From Psilocybe cubensis (lineage: Eukaryota): a stretch of DNA of 64,000 bases. The translations under genes and the position numbers were made by a program. The notes under the pieces are model-generated. The model saw only the letters and a program-made list of their open reading frames with translations, ran no database searches and had not been told where the DNA came from. The DNA lies in contig CM039005.1 of NCBI GenBank assembly GCA_017499595.2, positions 124,001 to 188,000 of the forward strand. The letters run 5' to 3'. Positions 1-12,765 of the stretch are shown here, one piece after another. Within the stretch, counting starts at the first letter, position 1. The number at the start of each line of letters is the position of its first letter.

Positions 1-436
1 ATAGCATCTTATGCGGGCTATGAATTGGTAGTTGAAACCCTCCTGCAGCATGGTGCAGATGCCAATGTTCTGGGTGGCAGTTATGGCACTGCACTCCAGG
101 TGGCATCCTATATAGGCTTTAATTCGGTAGTTGAAACCCTCCTGCAGCATGGTGCAGATGTCAATGTTCTGGGTGGCAAGTTTGGCACTGCACTCCAGGC
201 AGCATGTTCCAAAAACCACGAAAAAGTCATTCAATTGCTCTTGAGCCACGGTGCTAAAGTAACCTCACTGGATTATCTGGATTGTATTAGCAATCCCGCC
301 CTTCAGGTAGAACTTTGTATTGCTTACTCTGCACATAAAGAAAGTGTAAGTTTGTATTTTTCATAAAGTTGTCTTCTACCCTTGTGACTATTATTTATAG
401 ATATCAAACCCACTTCAAATTATGCCTGAAAACTGA
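1..436 (+). CDS. Ankyrin-repeat protein, 3' end (gene starts upstream of window)
   Basis: Tandem ankyrin repeats (VVETLLQHGADANVLGGSYGTALQVAS / VVETLLQHGADVNVLGGKFGTALQAAC). Predicted phase-0 intron 346-400 (GTAAGT..TTATAG); last exon ISNPLQIMPEN* ends at 436. Confidence 0.85.
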
Positions 437-589
437 GCAATAAGGTGTCAGCTTCGGCCTTAGTTAACATTTCACCAATTTGCTGTACATCTAAATAAAT
501 ACTATACAAATTATCTGTTTCTCATGTCGGAAATTGACAGCCAGATGAAGCGTTTACCTTATACAGTGAGGAAATCATACACAAATTAC

Positions 590-2796
590 GGGCATACAGA
601 AATCAGCGTGACTGCTCGCGTGCGTGCGTTTTTGCGTGTGCCTGCGTGACACGCATTTTTGCGCAACAACTGTGTTCTGCACGCATATTGATGTGCACGC
701 AATGTCACAGATGTGTCACACGTAGGATTGCAATGCAACAGTGGTTGTTAGCGTTCATTTACAATTGTTTGGTGTGTAATAACGTATTGATAGTATGCCC
801 TTGTATTACATTAATTCCATGTTCAGCCTTGTACCACTGTGACAGGTATCAACCAGGTAGGATGTAGAGATTATTACATGGTTATACTGTATTTGAATTA
901 ATCAACACATATTCCTTTAAAAGTCTACAATACATGGTAAGTTTAGATCTTTGAGGCTTGGAACCAGTAGAACTTCAATGAAATATTTTGTTGTTACAGG
1001 GACCATACAAACAATGAACTCGAGGGATGGTTTGGTATGCCGTGTCCTTCGGCATGTGCCTCGCAACAATCTCCGACTCCGCAACCAATAGTCGGCAATA
1101 AAATCGGCAACGGTTTATGATCGGTAATATCCGATCAAATTGTGAACTTTAAGAAAAATGTCAATTTTGTCTTTTTGACATGCAACTTATGTTGTTGAAC
1201 GACCACCAGCGTGACACCACAGCACGCTAGGTGCACTAAATCGCACGCATTTGCCACGCAAGCAGCACGCGACCCACTTTCCCACGTTAACGCGATGGCA
1301 CGCGACGGCACGCAATAGCACGCAACCCAATTAAGTGCGTGCAATCGACACGCATACAGTTGTAATCTGCACGCGATGGCCCCGCAAGCAAATTATTCTT
1401 GCACGCTAGTATGAAATAATGCGTTTTGGAGTATTTTACTGCAAAAATATGTCTGGATGTACCATTAGATATATTGAACTTTGACCTTGGCATTGAAGTT
1501 GAGTGTTTTAAAGATCTCAAATAAATTAAAAATTTGAAACTCAATGTCAATGAACTCGTTAAAGAGTATATTGTGGTATGTAGTTATTTTTCTGTTTGGG
1601 ATTCATGTTCCTTCTTTGTGGGGTGATAGATACGGACGTCGTCAGATCGAGATCAGTTAAATTATGTGGCTGAAACAGTCCTACACATACTCACATAGTT
1701 GTAGCTCGGAAAATGGGAACAAGCATAGCAGATCCCACAGAAAATGATATACTATCAGATGCATCAACAACTCCTAATTAATGTGAAGTAGACAAGGCTC
1801 TCACACCAGCAAAGAAGATACTGTACAACCTTCTATGTGACCCAGAAAAAGTTGATTCAAAGCTTTTTCCTGCAAAAGGTTGGCTGGAAACTTGAAAGCA
1901 AGAATAAGGATATCTTCAAAACTATCACACCATACACCGGTCCACTCACAGTCATTGAAAGAGCAAAAATATCCAATTGGTTTGAACCTAAGATCACGAG
2001 GACCGAAAGGTTAGACGATACTGGGTTTCTCTTCTGTCTTTGGCCCATACACACGGTCTACATAACATCTCTCATTTGGAAAAGTCAGCAGAAGGTTGAC
2101 AACTCGCTTCTTGATTGTGCTTGGGACGTACAATGCAGTCCAAATCCACTTAAAATGTTTGAACGGACCGACATTGATCTGGAATGTCTCTCTTTCCTAG
2201 AAGAGGAGATGTTTGAAAATTCTTTGCGTGCCGGAATTTCTGGAAACTATCAATGGGGATTAGATGTTGGAAACCACGAAGATGACTGGAAGCCTTATTT
2301 ATGCAGAGATTGGTTCATTGGATACCAAGAGGTCAATGAAGATGAGATACTGGTATGTGTTCATTACAATCTTTTGATAGTATGATCATGTTTTTATATC
2401 TTTGTATGAAGCCGGGTTCAAAGTACATTGATCAGCCCAAAATGAAGGTAGAAGCACAGCCCAAGAGACCTCGTTCTACGCCTCGGCTTATTCCAAAGAA
2501 AAGGAAATGGGATGATCATTAATTATTTAGTACAACTGGATCCGTAGCATACTACATTTCTTGCAGAAAATAGCCTAATATACACTGCTCTTCATGTGAA
2601 TTTTATACAGAATTTTACACGCAAATAGCACGCTACCTCAACAAAGCTGCACGCATTTACATATCATGCACACGCAACATGTAGCATTTTGCACGCAAAG
2701 TTGTGTGAAAGACACGCAAATTTGCTGATTCGCATTTATGCGTGGCACGCAAAAATAGGTCGCACGCGGGCTAACCACGCTGATTTCCTGGTGCCC
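590..2796. mobile_element. Mutator(MULE)-like non-autonomous DNA transposon
   Basis: Perfect 9-bp direct repeat ACAAATTAC at 581-589 and 2797-2805. Imperfect terminal inverted repeats GGGCATACAGAAATCAGCGTG.. / ..CACGCTGATTTCCTGGTGCCC. Dense CACGC/GCGTG motif clusters at about 606-722, 1208-1407 and 2617-2780. Confidence 0.75.
1411..2522 (+). pseudogene. Decayed gene inside the Mutator-like element, unknown function
   Basis: Open segment 1837-2385 (..LEEEMFENSLRAGISGNYQWGLDVGNHEDDWKPY..). Predicted intron about 2353-2411, then a basic NLS-like tail PKRPRSTPRLIPKKRKWDDH*. The upstream part has stops/frameshifts and the 5' limit is approximate. Confidence 0.5.
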
Positions 2797-4974
2797 ACAA
2801 ATTACAGACAATAGTAAGTAAAAAACTTTGATAGTAAAGATATCAATGTAAGGTTGAGTGCACAAAAAAATCTGCGTAACAGCTGAGTCTCTTCCATTCA
2901 GCAAACAATCATTGACAATAAAGTTTACAGAGGGAGTGGTGGATATTATCGATAGCCTGCAATATTTGATTAGACGCCCAAAGGCTCTTACAAAGATGCT
3001 ACACGGATAAGTTCCATGGATGAGTGAAAAGGAGGGATAAAAGATGTCCAAAACACACAATACAACCCTTCCCCCTGCGCTCCAAGGACGCTGATGCAAA
3101 ACCTTACTGAAACTCTGTACCTGATTCACCAACACCTCACCCATTTTTAACCACAATCTCATACTGCGCATTGTGGAGGCTGGGGTGCGTGGTGCTGATG
3201 ATACAGCTACGTTGATTTATGTATGCCCTAGTATTCATACTTTCTGCTTCTGGAAACCCATTTAGTTCGTCCTGTATAAAGTGTGTGCAGCGCGCCAACT
3301 AAAAAGGCCCCAGAAGGCAACACAAACGCTGGCTGGAGTAGCCCGAGCGTGCGAACATCACCGGCCGACTAATCGGCAAAAAACGTTGTCTCGTTCATCT
3401 CGTCTTGCTTCCAACAGCTTCATCTCCATGAACAATTCTTCGTTTTTAGTGCGTCCCCTTTTGGTTCTTGTCTTATTGTAACTTATATGTCTGCTTTGAA
3501 CTCCTTTGTCTAGGCTCTTTCTTTGCTGTAAAAAGCACCACAGTCTCTTCACATTTGCAGGGGATAATTGGTGTATACACAAAATGGTACCTGCGACAAC
3601 GCACAAACTCCACGTTAAAATCTCTCTTACGTTGACCAACCCGTCTTCTCTATGCCCACTCTATTGGCAACCATGTCATCAATCGCCTTCCCGTATCAAT
3701 TTCTCCGTCCACCCGCGCACCTGTTGCCCGCCGCACTCTACGTGCGAGATTCCTAAGCCTCAATATGAGGGCATACGTTGTTTGTAGGAAGTCGGGGTGT
3801 TAAGGAAATGGTGTGGGGGCGGGTGGGCTGGATGATGTGTTTGAGAATTGCAAGATACATTCGTTACTTGCCTACCAAAGCTACGTCGTGTTCCTTGCTA
3901 CAGTCATCATCTCGACCTGCTTCACACTATTCACATACACTGCCTCTGAGTCTCCCTTGTCCTTGTCTTTGCCCTCCTGAACTTATTTTCTTTCACCAGG
4001 TGTATATTCTCCACAACCCACTTCATCCGTCCCTCCCTGACCATTGTATTCTCCTCACCGGCCCATCATCCACGCATGACATGGACAGACTTGTGACATC
4101 TCAATTCAATCCTAGTTGTATGCGCTGAAATTCACGCGTATTGCTCCCAGAATGAATACGAAGTGCAAGTTGTCATTTCGAGCAAAGCAACACAAAACCT
4201 CTCGTGCAACAGTGGCCCCGCTCTATCCCTATATCTCATTTAACATCCCAAAAGACAGCGACAACAGTCTCGTCCCTCGGCCAAACCATCACTCGCGGAA
4301 GTCAGCGGAGATTAGTGAAATGTATGAACCGACTGACGGTGGTACGCAGCGCGAGTTATTGAGTGAGTTTCATAGCATCTTATTTCAATCAATGGTGACG
4401 ATCAGTTGTACTCTCGATGTGTCTTGACTACCTCCACGCCTCCACCTCTGCTTCCGCAACTTTGACCGTTTCTTGACCCTTTTACCACCCTTCCTCCCGT
4501 GAAGAGATGCTGTCGTTGTGCCCCTGCTATAGCATAGATTGTGGGGAACTTGCAGAGGCGCTGAACCCTAACTGATACCACCGAAAAGAGAAGTTGGACC
4601 AACACAACCCAACCTCTCTTGCACACAGTGTTCATCGCGTGATAGCGACTGGTTAGCCCTTTGCGGCGGCTCACAACGCTCACTGCAATTCTGGTTTTGT
4701 TCGCCTCTGATGACATGTCGCTCTGGTCTTTATCGTCGACCACTTAGCTTGTGTTCTTTCCTCTTTGACCCCCCCGTGTCGTGCTAGGGACTGACAAGCC
4801 GGACAAGCCGCACATACGTGTTTTTGTATCCGGCTGTGGCTTGGAGTCTATGAACTACTTCAGGAACACCACACCCCGCTATCATTCCCCATCCCTCTGC
4901 CATACAATGGTGACGCTCCACATGAGCTGGTGCTTCTTCAAACATACGGCGATGGATCAACTATGAAACCGAGC

Positions 4975-4998
4975 GTGTGTGTGTGTGTGTGTGTGTGT
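4975..4998. repeat. (GT)12 microsatellite
   Basis: Direct reading of the sequence. Confidence 0.95.
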
Positions 4999-6774
4999 GC
5001 CTACGCATATTTTCTGTTGTTGACCACAGGCAGACAAATTACATGTCCGCCGTATCGCTCATATCTCATTCCCTTCTCTGTGTCTTTGCTTACCATCTGA
5101 CCTTTGACTTGTGCTGGTGCCGGTACACTTGGATTATGCTGTGTGGGAATGCTGTATACCGTGTGCCTAGTGCTACAATATCGACATGCAGGACTTACGC
5201 TTCGTGTTCAAGTTACGACCACATCACAATTTCGAGCATCATGACTTTGCGCTTTCGCCGAGGGATACCTGCCTGATCCACCCTGCATCCTCAATCGTCA
5301 ATTGGATCGGTGTCGCGTACTATTGGATTGCATTCTCTGCTTCGTCGACGTTTTTCTCGGGTGTATTCCGAATCCAGAGACTGATACAATGGCTCATTCT
5401 TCCCTCCACACGTTTCTTAACCTATATATGCCTTGAAATTCTAGACAGATTGTCCATCCGGGTTGGCTGTCCTTTCACCACCGTTCCTTCAGGGATTTCT
5501 TGGAAGTAGGTTCTAGATTTGGGCACTTGGTGGTTGACACAAAGCCATAGATCTGCAGGCAGACTGCTGCAAGGAAACGCTGATATTGAACAAATCATTA
5601 TACAGCATGAATTTCAATCCAATCACACACCTCTGAATTTCTACCCAACCCCGTCCTCACCCATGCACCCCCAGCATAGGGAGTGGCACCAGCAATATAA
5701 ATTACCGTGATACCTCACCCATATGCCAAATCTCTTTTTCCCTGCCTGAAGTTTGATTCTATACGAATGTATATAAATAAATGAACCCGCAATATATAAG
5801 CACCGACAGTTGGTCATTAAGACAGAGTAGGTAGTAAGCCTCGGATATATCTCTTGACAAAAACGCTTCTGCGGTTAACTGGAGTTGAGAAAATATTACA
5901 CAAATGACTTTGACGAACTAGTTCTAAAACAACACGTCTTTGATGCTGGTATTCTATACGAATGCATAGACCCTTTAAATAACTGCTGAAAATTTGACAC
6001 ATGATAAGTAATGAGAACACAAGACTGTCAGCTACACATTCACGTGCCTCCGTCTTGAAATCGATGCAGAAAAAAGGGGGTGGGAATGAAAGAATATACG
6101 GCAGTCTGTGCCGAGTGCTGTCTCTGACAGAGAAACTGCTCAACATAGTGACCGTTTGATGAAGCACCGTTTACAAGGCAGGAGCTGGAAACAGCGTGGC
6201 ATGGAATACATTTGTCGATAAGCAACCAGTTATCCACGACCATTCTAAGTTCCTTTCCATGACTTGACATGTTCTACCTATTGAGAGTATCAGGTGAAAT
6301 CAGTGCATGTTTCCCGTGTCGTTATTGGCCCACTGAAAACTTAATTAAAGGAAGCTATAGGACAGGACGTTGGTGACCAGAAAACTGGCTGGGTTCACAC
6401 GAAACTCTAAATCTCCTCGGACTTGTTATGGTTCGACAAATAACTGATAATTTCTCTAAGCAAGAGTACGGAGTCACAGCGATGGCGTTTCATACCAGCA
6501 TATTGTATGACCGATAGTGAAAGGTACCCACAGGCATTCATGTCGCTAATATCGTTATGAATATCCTGTACCTTATTGATAAGTGTGATCCGCCTGGATT
6601 AGAAATACGTGTAGTTATCTTTGGATCACACCCACCAACGCCTTTGGCACTTCTCAACATGGGATATGTCTTTCCCTTTACGTGAACAGTGCCATATATT
6701 TTGCTTCGCCAATAGAAACATAACATGCACCTCCCTTGGTATCCTCTTTTTCCACCCTGCCTCTCTCGCCGGCC

Positions 6775-8108
6775 ATGCTTCCCCTCGACGCAGAACTTCC
6801 TTCACTAGACACTCAGAAACGCGTTATCAGCGCATTCCTCAACAGCATTATGCTGCAAAATCTACTGATGGGTAATATTTAGTCTCAGAAGGATCTTGCC
6901 GTGACGTATTGACATTTTATAGGGATCTATACCATAGTATATGCTGGAACAATGTATCTCTACTGTACGTCACTAAAATGCAACTTCCATTCAAATATCC
7001 ATTAAATATCAATACAGCATTGAACAAAACATCCAATGCAAGCCGCCGCATGGTTCAGAGCACACTGACAGTCCTATACTTTGTATGCTTGGGAGACATT
7101 CTGGTGGACTGGTACTACCTCGACTGGACAATCATTGCACTTGGCGACACTCGCTATTCCATGTTTCTGTCTTCTCTCGACGCTCCGATTCGGGTGGTCA
7201 TACCAATTGACGTGTTCTTTAATGCGACCTTTATAGTTTCTGATTGGGTTTTGGTGCGTTTTATATCCGTATATTCTTGGAGAGTCTTAATGCGTTTGAA
7301 CAGATATGGAGATGTTATCACGTTTGGGGGAGGTCTGTTAGGATAGTAGCTGCTCTATTTCTCTTTCTCCTTGCCGAAATTGGTAATGACTTTGAAAAGA
7401 TTATATCCATAACCTTGTACTAATAGCGGAGATATCTGTAGCTTTAGCAATATCTTTTACAATACTGGAAGCCTCGGACGGACAGCTACAAAACAATGGA
7501 AATGGACAACTAACCAATAACATATCTGGATCCTTCGTGCTCATTTCAGCCGGCACAACAGTCATCACTACGCTCCTCATAGCAGTCAGAATCTCGTACA
7601 ATCCGCAGATCAGTACGCGGCAGCGGAATATTTACCACCGGATCATAGTGACGATAATCGAATCCTCTGCGGTTTACTCTCTGATCCTCTTATTGTACGG
7701 TGTCATCGTGATCTGCCCGTTTTTCAACCTCATCGACTCTCCGTTGATCGAGGTGCAATACTACGTTCAGCAGGTGTTGACCGTAATTGCGGTATGATCC
7801 TTTGATTTTTAGATTAATATGAAGACCTTATCTGAAATGTATATCCACAGTGCATGTCGCCGACTGTGATGGTAGCAAGACTCGCTGTGACAACTTCTCG
7901 TACGGCTGGCACCGAATCCACTCCAACAATCACAAATACATCTTCAATGCGTTTCAACGACTCTCAGTCAAGAATCAGACAAAGCAGAAGCATGAGAGCC
8001 AGCGAGAACTACCCCACTACACCTGTTGATAAGAACAGTGACGATATTGAGGTACCAGTGACGATAAGAAGAAGTGACGATATCGAAATAAATAATGAAC
8101 AATCGTAA
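6775..8108 (+). CDS. Orphan 7-TM membrane protein, copy 1 (6 exons)
   Basis: ATG 6775 MLPLDAELP..NSIMLQNLLMG|IYTIVYAGTMYLY|..SDWVL|IWRCYHVWG..EI|..IIESSAVYS..|CMSPTVMVARL. Five GT-AG introns; seven hydrophobic segments. Confidence 0.85.
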
Positions 8109-11100
8109 AAATGACGTGTTTCTAGCAGATTAAGGCTCCACCGTACAGTAGTGAATTAAGAATTGTTACAGATATAACTTTATATATCAACAAAAAGCGA
8201 ACCCTGAATCGACACGCCACCTAGATCAAGAACGAGGTCCGGCACCCTTCTATCATGTATTCCATAGAAGACCTACACTCTCCACAGTATTTCCAATTTT
8301 CATACCTTTCTACGGGGAACTGAAATACTTGTGCCCAGGATGTTCTATTTGTGCTGTCAATTGAGAAGGTCCTCTTTAGCACATTGCGCTGTTATCACAC
8401 TTTCGACAACCTTCCTGTCCCGGCGTATACACAATTACCAGCTATCGTGTACTCAAATGCTGATTTATTCCGTGATTCAACACAACAAGTATTCAACGCG
8501 TTTGGAAGTGTCCAGCAGCCCTCAACTTAATCGTAATCGCCGGCTTTGCCTGGGCTTTGGCAAATCTTTGTTGCTCGCGCTCTCGGCCGAAGTCATGCAT
8601 CATGTCACGTGAACCTCGGGAAATTAGCAATCCGGATCAACACGCTCGGAGGATTTTTTTGTCAACTCATCTCGAACATATCCTCTCCATCGAATATTGC
8701 TCCGGACTACACCCCCTCTGACATGTTAACATGTACTACTCCTGAAATGCACCAACTACACTTTTTCTAGACCTCAGAGGTGCGTAAAGTTGATCTCCAC
8801 CAACAAAAATACAGACACTTTATGTTGAGCTGACGTCGTTTTCCGAGGCCAACCTTGGTCCAGTTTCAGGCTCTACGTATATTCGTTTCGATAGACGATC
8901 ACGATTTTGCTCTTTTCCCTAGACGGATCATATTGCTCTAACGCCCTTTTCTCCTCCTGCACAAAGCTTGCTTCTTGGTCCACTTTTCGTCGATGCGCGA
9001 AGGCTAGGGCGCTAGGGTTTTAATCCGTCTCATGTTCTTTGCCCTGGTTAACATCAGCGGTCTTGAATCTATGTCGTTGATCATGTTGGATCCATGTTTC
9101 TCAAGTCTCCAAGCGTCATTCTGTTGTGGTCTCTCGGCCGACGCATGTCTCTAAGGATGGTCCACTTTTGATCGTGTCCCAATGTTCTTGGTGTTGGAAT
9201 TCGCGCTCTCTAATACCTGTTCCACTGGCGAGATCAGCAATCGGCATCGAATCTTTCTTTGGTCTGCTATCCTCAGTGCTCATTCCATCGCACACTCACT
9301 CTAAAAATTTGTGGAGATGATTTCCATTGATGATCTTTCCACTTTCCTGTGCTCCATGCCAATCTAAACGGTAATAAAACGTACTTCTCGCTGTTTCACG
9401 GTTTTCGCATTGCATCCCGTTTGCGGCCTATATTCGTCTTCTATTCACGATGCCTGTTAATCGCCAACATGATGAAAGTGACCCTCAGCAGGATGTTACT
9501 CATTCCATGACTTTGACTACGTCTGAGGACGCGCCCATCCTCGGTGGCTTATACAAGAAATGCATATATTCTGATATGAACTCTCGCTGCCTGTATGTTA
9601 TCATTGTCAAACAGGAACAATTTACCAACCTGTGCGGGATTCGTGTCGGTTCCGATTGCCCTCCTGAATTTTCCGAAGAGAAGAATAAGATTCTAAGCTA
9701 ACTACTCATTCGTGTGCCTTCTTGGCGAACGACAGCTTCTAACCTTTTACATGCTCTAGAAGTACAGCGAATATTTTTTAGTACGTGCCCCTGTATATAA
9801 ATATACCAGACTACTAGTGCATAGGCGCGATTCAGTCGCAGGGATCGATGATGATTCAAGTCAAGCTTGAGCTGCGAAGTTTTCGTCGATCCCAAACCGC
9901 GAGGGCCATGTCATGAAGTGCAGCGGAGGCTTCTAACTGTCAGTCTTTTGCATGATCCTATGATTCGTCAGTTCAATCATGACACGCTTAAGTGAAGGCG
10001 TAGTTTCCTAATGTCGGTAGATTGAACGAACCCTCTGGCTCGACTACCTCAAACCAAATGACGGATATCTTTGGCAATATCAAAGCGCATGGTATTCTCG
10101 GACCTGAAATGAAAATCACTCGCCACTCTTGGATGACCCACATCCAATTTTGCTACTCTAGTACCGCCCTTATGGATTCAAAATTTTACGTCCTCTCTTT
10201 ATGGTTTGGCATCCAGGTACCTGCCAATAGGCTCCAGCCTAAACGATATTAACCATTCAAATATTTAAGGAGTACGTTATGTACAATATGTATTGGCTGA
10301 GATCCAAATGAGCTTCGGGAGCTAGTCCAAAGCTAGCCTGAAAGGGGCGATGATTGCTCAATTACTTTTATATAACTCGAAGACCACGCTCATTGCAAAC
10401 AATTGTCCCGGAGATAGGAGAAGCGATATTTCAAGCATCGGAACCAATTACGCGTCGGTGTTTTCCACTGCTTGCCCTCAACATGGGAAAAAAAATGCAG
10501 TAGCGTGGCCGTGCTCAGCGGCCGTGGCCGGCGTGTTGGCCATGACGGAGCCCATGACGTTCACACGAACGAATTGAAAATCCACAACTTGGGTATCACT
10601 TTACTCATTTTTGCTTGCTAGGTAACGTTCTGTCGCGACAAACGTTTGGTCATATGCATTCCTCGCTCGTATTTCCACCATAAGAATTGAATGAGCACGT
10701 TAGACCCAAATGTCATGACATACTCCGAAATGCACACTCGGTACATTTCCGACTCGCTGCCAAGGAGCATGCACGTCGCACGCGCAATCTTGCAATATCA
10801 TTGCCAGCGCCGAAGACAAGATAGTAGCAGATCACGATATATAACACTAGGCATTGACTTGGTTGCCCGTGCCAGCGCGCGCGCGAGGCGGTACTCTGAG
10901 CTCAGGGTGACCTACGTCCCTGTAACACTAACGTCCCTGTAACTCTAAGCACAACGGACCATGTGGCAGCCTTGAGGATGAAGTCATACGTTACTTACGC
11001 AATCTTTGCTCACTTTACTGTTTCTCACTCCTCAAGAAACATATGTGTTTACAGATATCTACTTACCAACGCAGCATCAAAATAGGGATATAACCTGTAA

Positions 11101-11977
11101 GAGGCGGTGCTTGATACATACTCAATGAACTTATCCCTCCTTACGGGCACCAGTGAGGGCTTTGCAAGAGGTTTGTGTTCTGTCCGCCATATTGTCATAT
11201 AGTTTGTTACGTTTAATTGACAGGATACTGCTCCGAGAATACAGGAAACATAGACCGACTCCTGCCGCAAATAAATTGATATGAACTCTGCATTCCCGGT
11301 CTTGCATGTTATTTCAAAACGCTAACGTTCTGGTGCGATACAGTTGTAAAACATCGTTGGATGATGTTTTGCAAAGCTTCAGTTCACGCGTGGTGTTAGG
11401 GAAGGTCCTCCTAACTGAGTACTGTACAAGAACGACCAGTTAAAATAAACGCGACATAATACGTTTGTGATGCCTAACACCGTTTAGGCTTAATCATCAC
11501 TACAGAAAAGGTGTTCAATCTTTGAAGCTGTGATACTATACTTGGCCTTAATTTCAGTATGATGATGTGTCATCGCCCAGAACAAGATTTCTCATCGAAC
11601 AAATTGAACTAAAAGAACGTTTAAATTCCAAAAAGCGGTACGGTAAACATAAGAATACGGATAAAATAACTACTATCTAACAAATCCCAACAAACTGAAG
11701 CAGATACAACGGGCGAAGCGGTCTTCAACACCCATCAGAGAAAAAACCAAGTATACAATATTATATCACCGACACCGAAACATTGAGCCAAAAAAACTTC
11801 AGATTCCTATCACGCAACCCTATAACCTGAAAAAAGGTTTCAGAGCGCGAGATGAAGAAAAGCTGAGAGATGAACGTTTGATATATTATAGGTAATCTTT
11901 GCTTGGGAGAAACCTCCTGCACTGTCGTTGAGCTCATGCCCAGAATGCCCAGGCCTCCGCTTCACCCAGTCACTCCT

Positions 11978-12765
11978 TCATGCCGAGTTACCAGGTGCTA
12001 CATCTGGACCAGCGTTAGCACTGGCTTCCCTTTTCCATGGTCGATTCGGTGGAGTGTCGGCCCTTCTCCAAGGGTAGATAGGATCCTTCCGCCTCCAGTC
12101 ACGGTCTCCGGGGGTGGGTACTGGAGACGCATCTCGCCTCCAATCACGATCTCCAGGAGCGGGGGCAGGAGACGCATCTCGCCGCCAATCCTTGTCGCCG
12201 AGGGGAGCAGCATCAGCGACAGCTTCTCGCCTCCAGTCCTGGTTTGGTTGGCCTCGCTTCCACGATTGGTTTGGTGGGCCTGCAGCATCACGCCTCCAAT
12301 CGGAGTTTGGGGGTCCTGCGCGCCTCCAATCACTATTAGGAGGGCCTGCATGCTTCCAGTCCTGGTTAGGGGGTCCTGCAACGTTGTCGCGCTTCCAGTC
12401 GCGGTCTGGTGGTGTAGCTTCCGCAGTTAGACCTGAGTCCTCAACGTCGCGCTGTACGGTGTGCTCGATGCTATACACGGACTGATGGATGATGTGGAAG
12501 CTCAGCATGTGAGGCGCAAATGAAGGTGAGCTAGCTACGCACCGCAACATCCCTCTCCACACTAACGACGTGGCGAGCGTCGTGGTCTACGCTGATCTAG
12601 ATCGGCAAACGGCAAATTAGAACCAGTCGTTGAGCGAGGATGGCGTCGAAAACGGAGAGACGGGTGTTAAGAGGGATTTCAAAAGAAAGGTATACGCACA
12701 GGAGATGCTAAAGTAGTTGTAAGGAGCGTGAGAGCAGCGAATACAGTGAGGCTGGTAAAATGCAT
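11978..12765 (-). CDS. Secreted Kex2-processed repeat protein (KEP) / peptide precursor, about 207 aa
   Basis: Exons 12765-12700 (signal peptide MHFTSLTVFAALTLLTTTLASP), 12596-12543 and 12481-11978 splice in frame via GTGCGT..AG introns. TATA-like element at about 12809-12816. Ten W-KR/W-RR sites plus one W-KH, with DA/EA/xP spacers. Confidence 0.9.

Noticed and set aside
3200-6300. Short ORFs on both strands
   Set aside because: No motifs or consistent splice model; likely intergenic or decayed sequence.
8800-9900. Pyrimidine-rich + strand suggesting a K/E-rich minus-strand gene
   Set aside because: Could not build an open spliced frame.
12100-12420. Regularly spaced CGCCTCCA repeats resembling a CRISPR array
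   Set aside because: They are the DWRR codons of the KEP gene; eukaryotic context and no cas genes.
11903-12485. Plus-strand repeat ORFs 11903-12430 and 12114-12485
   Set aside because: Antisense shadows of the KEP repeat exon.
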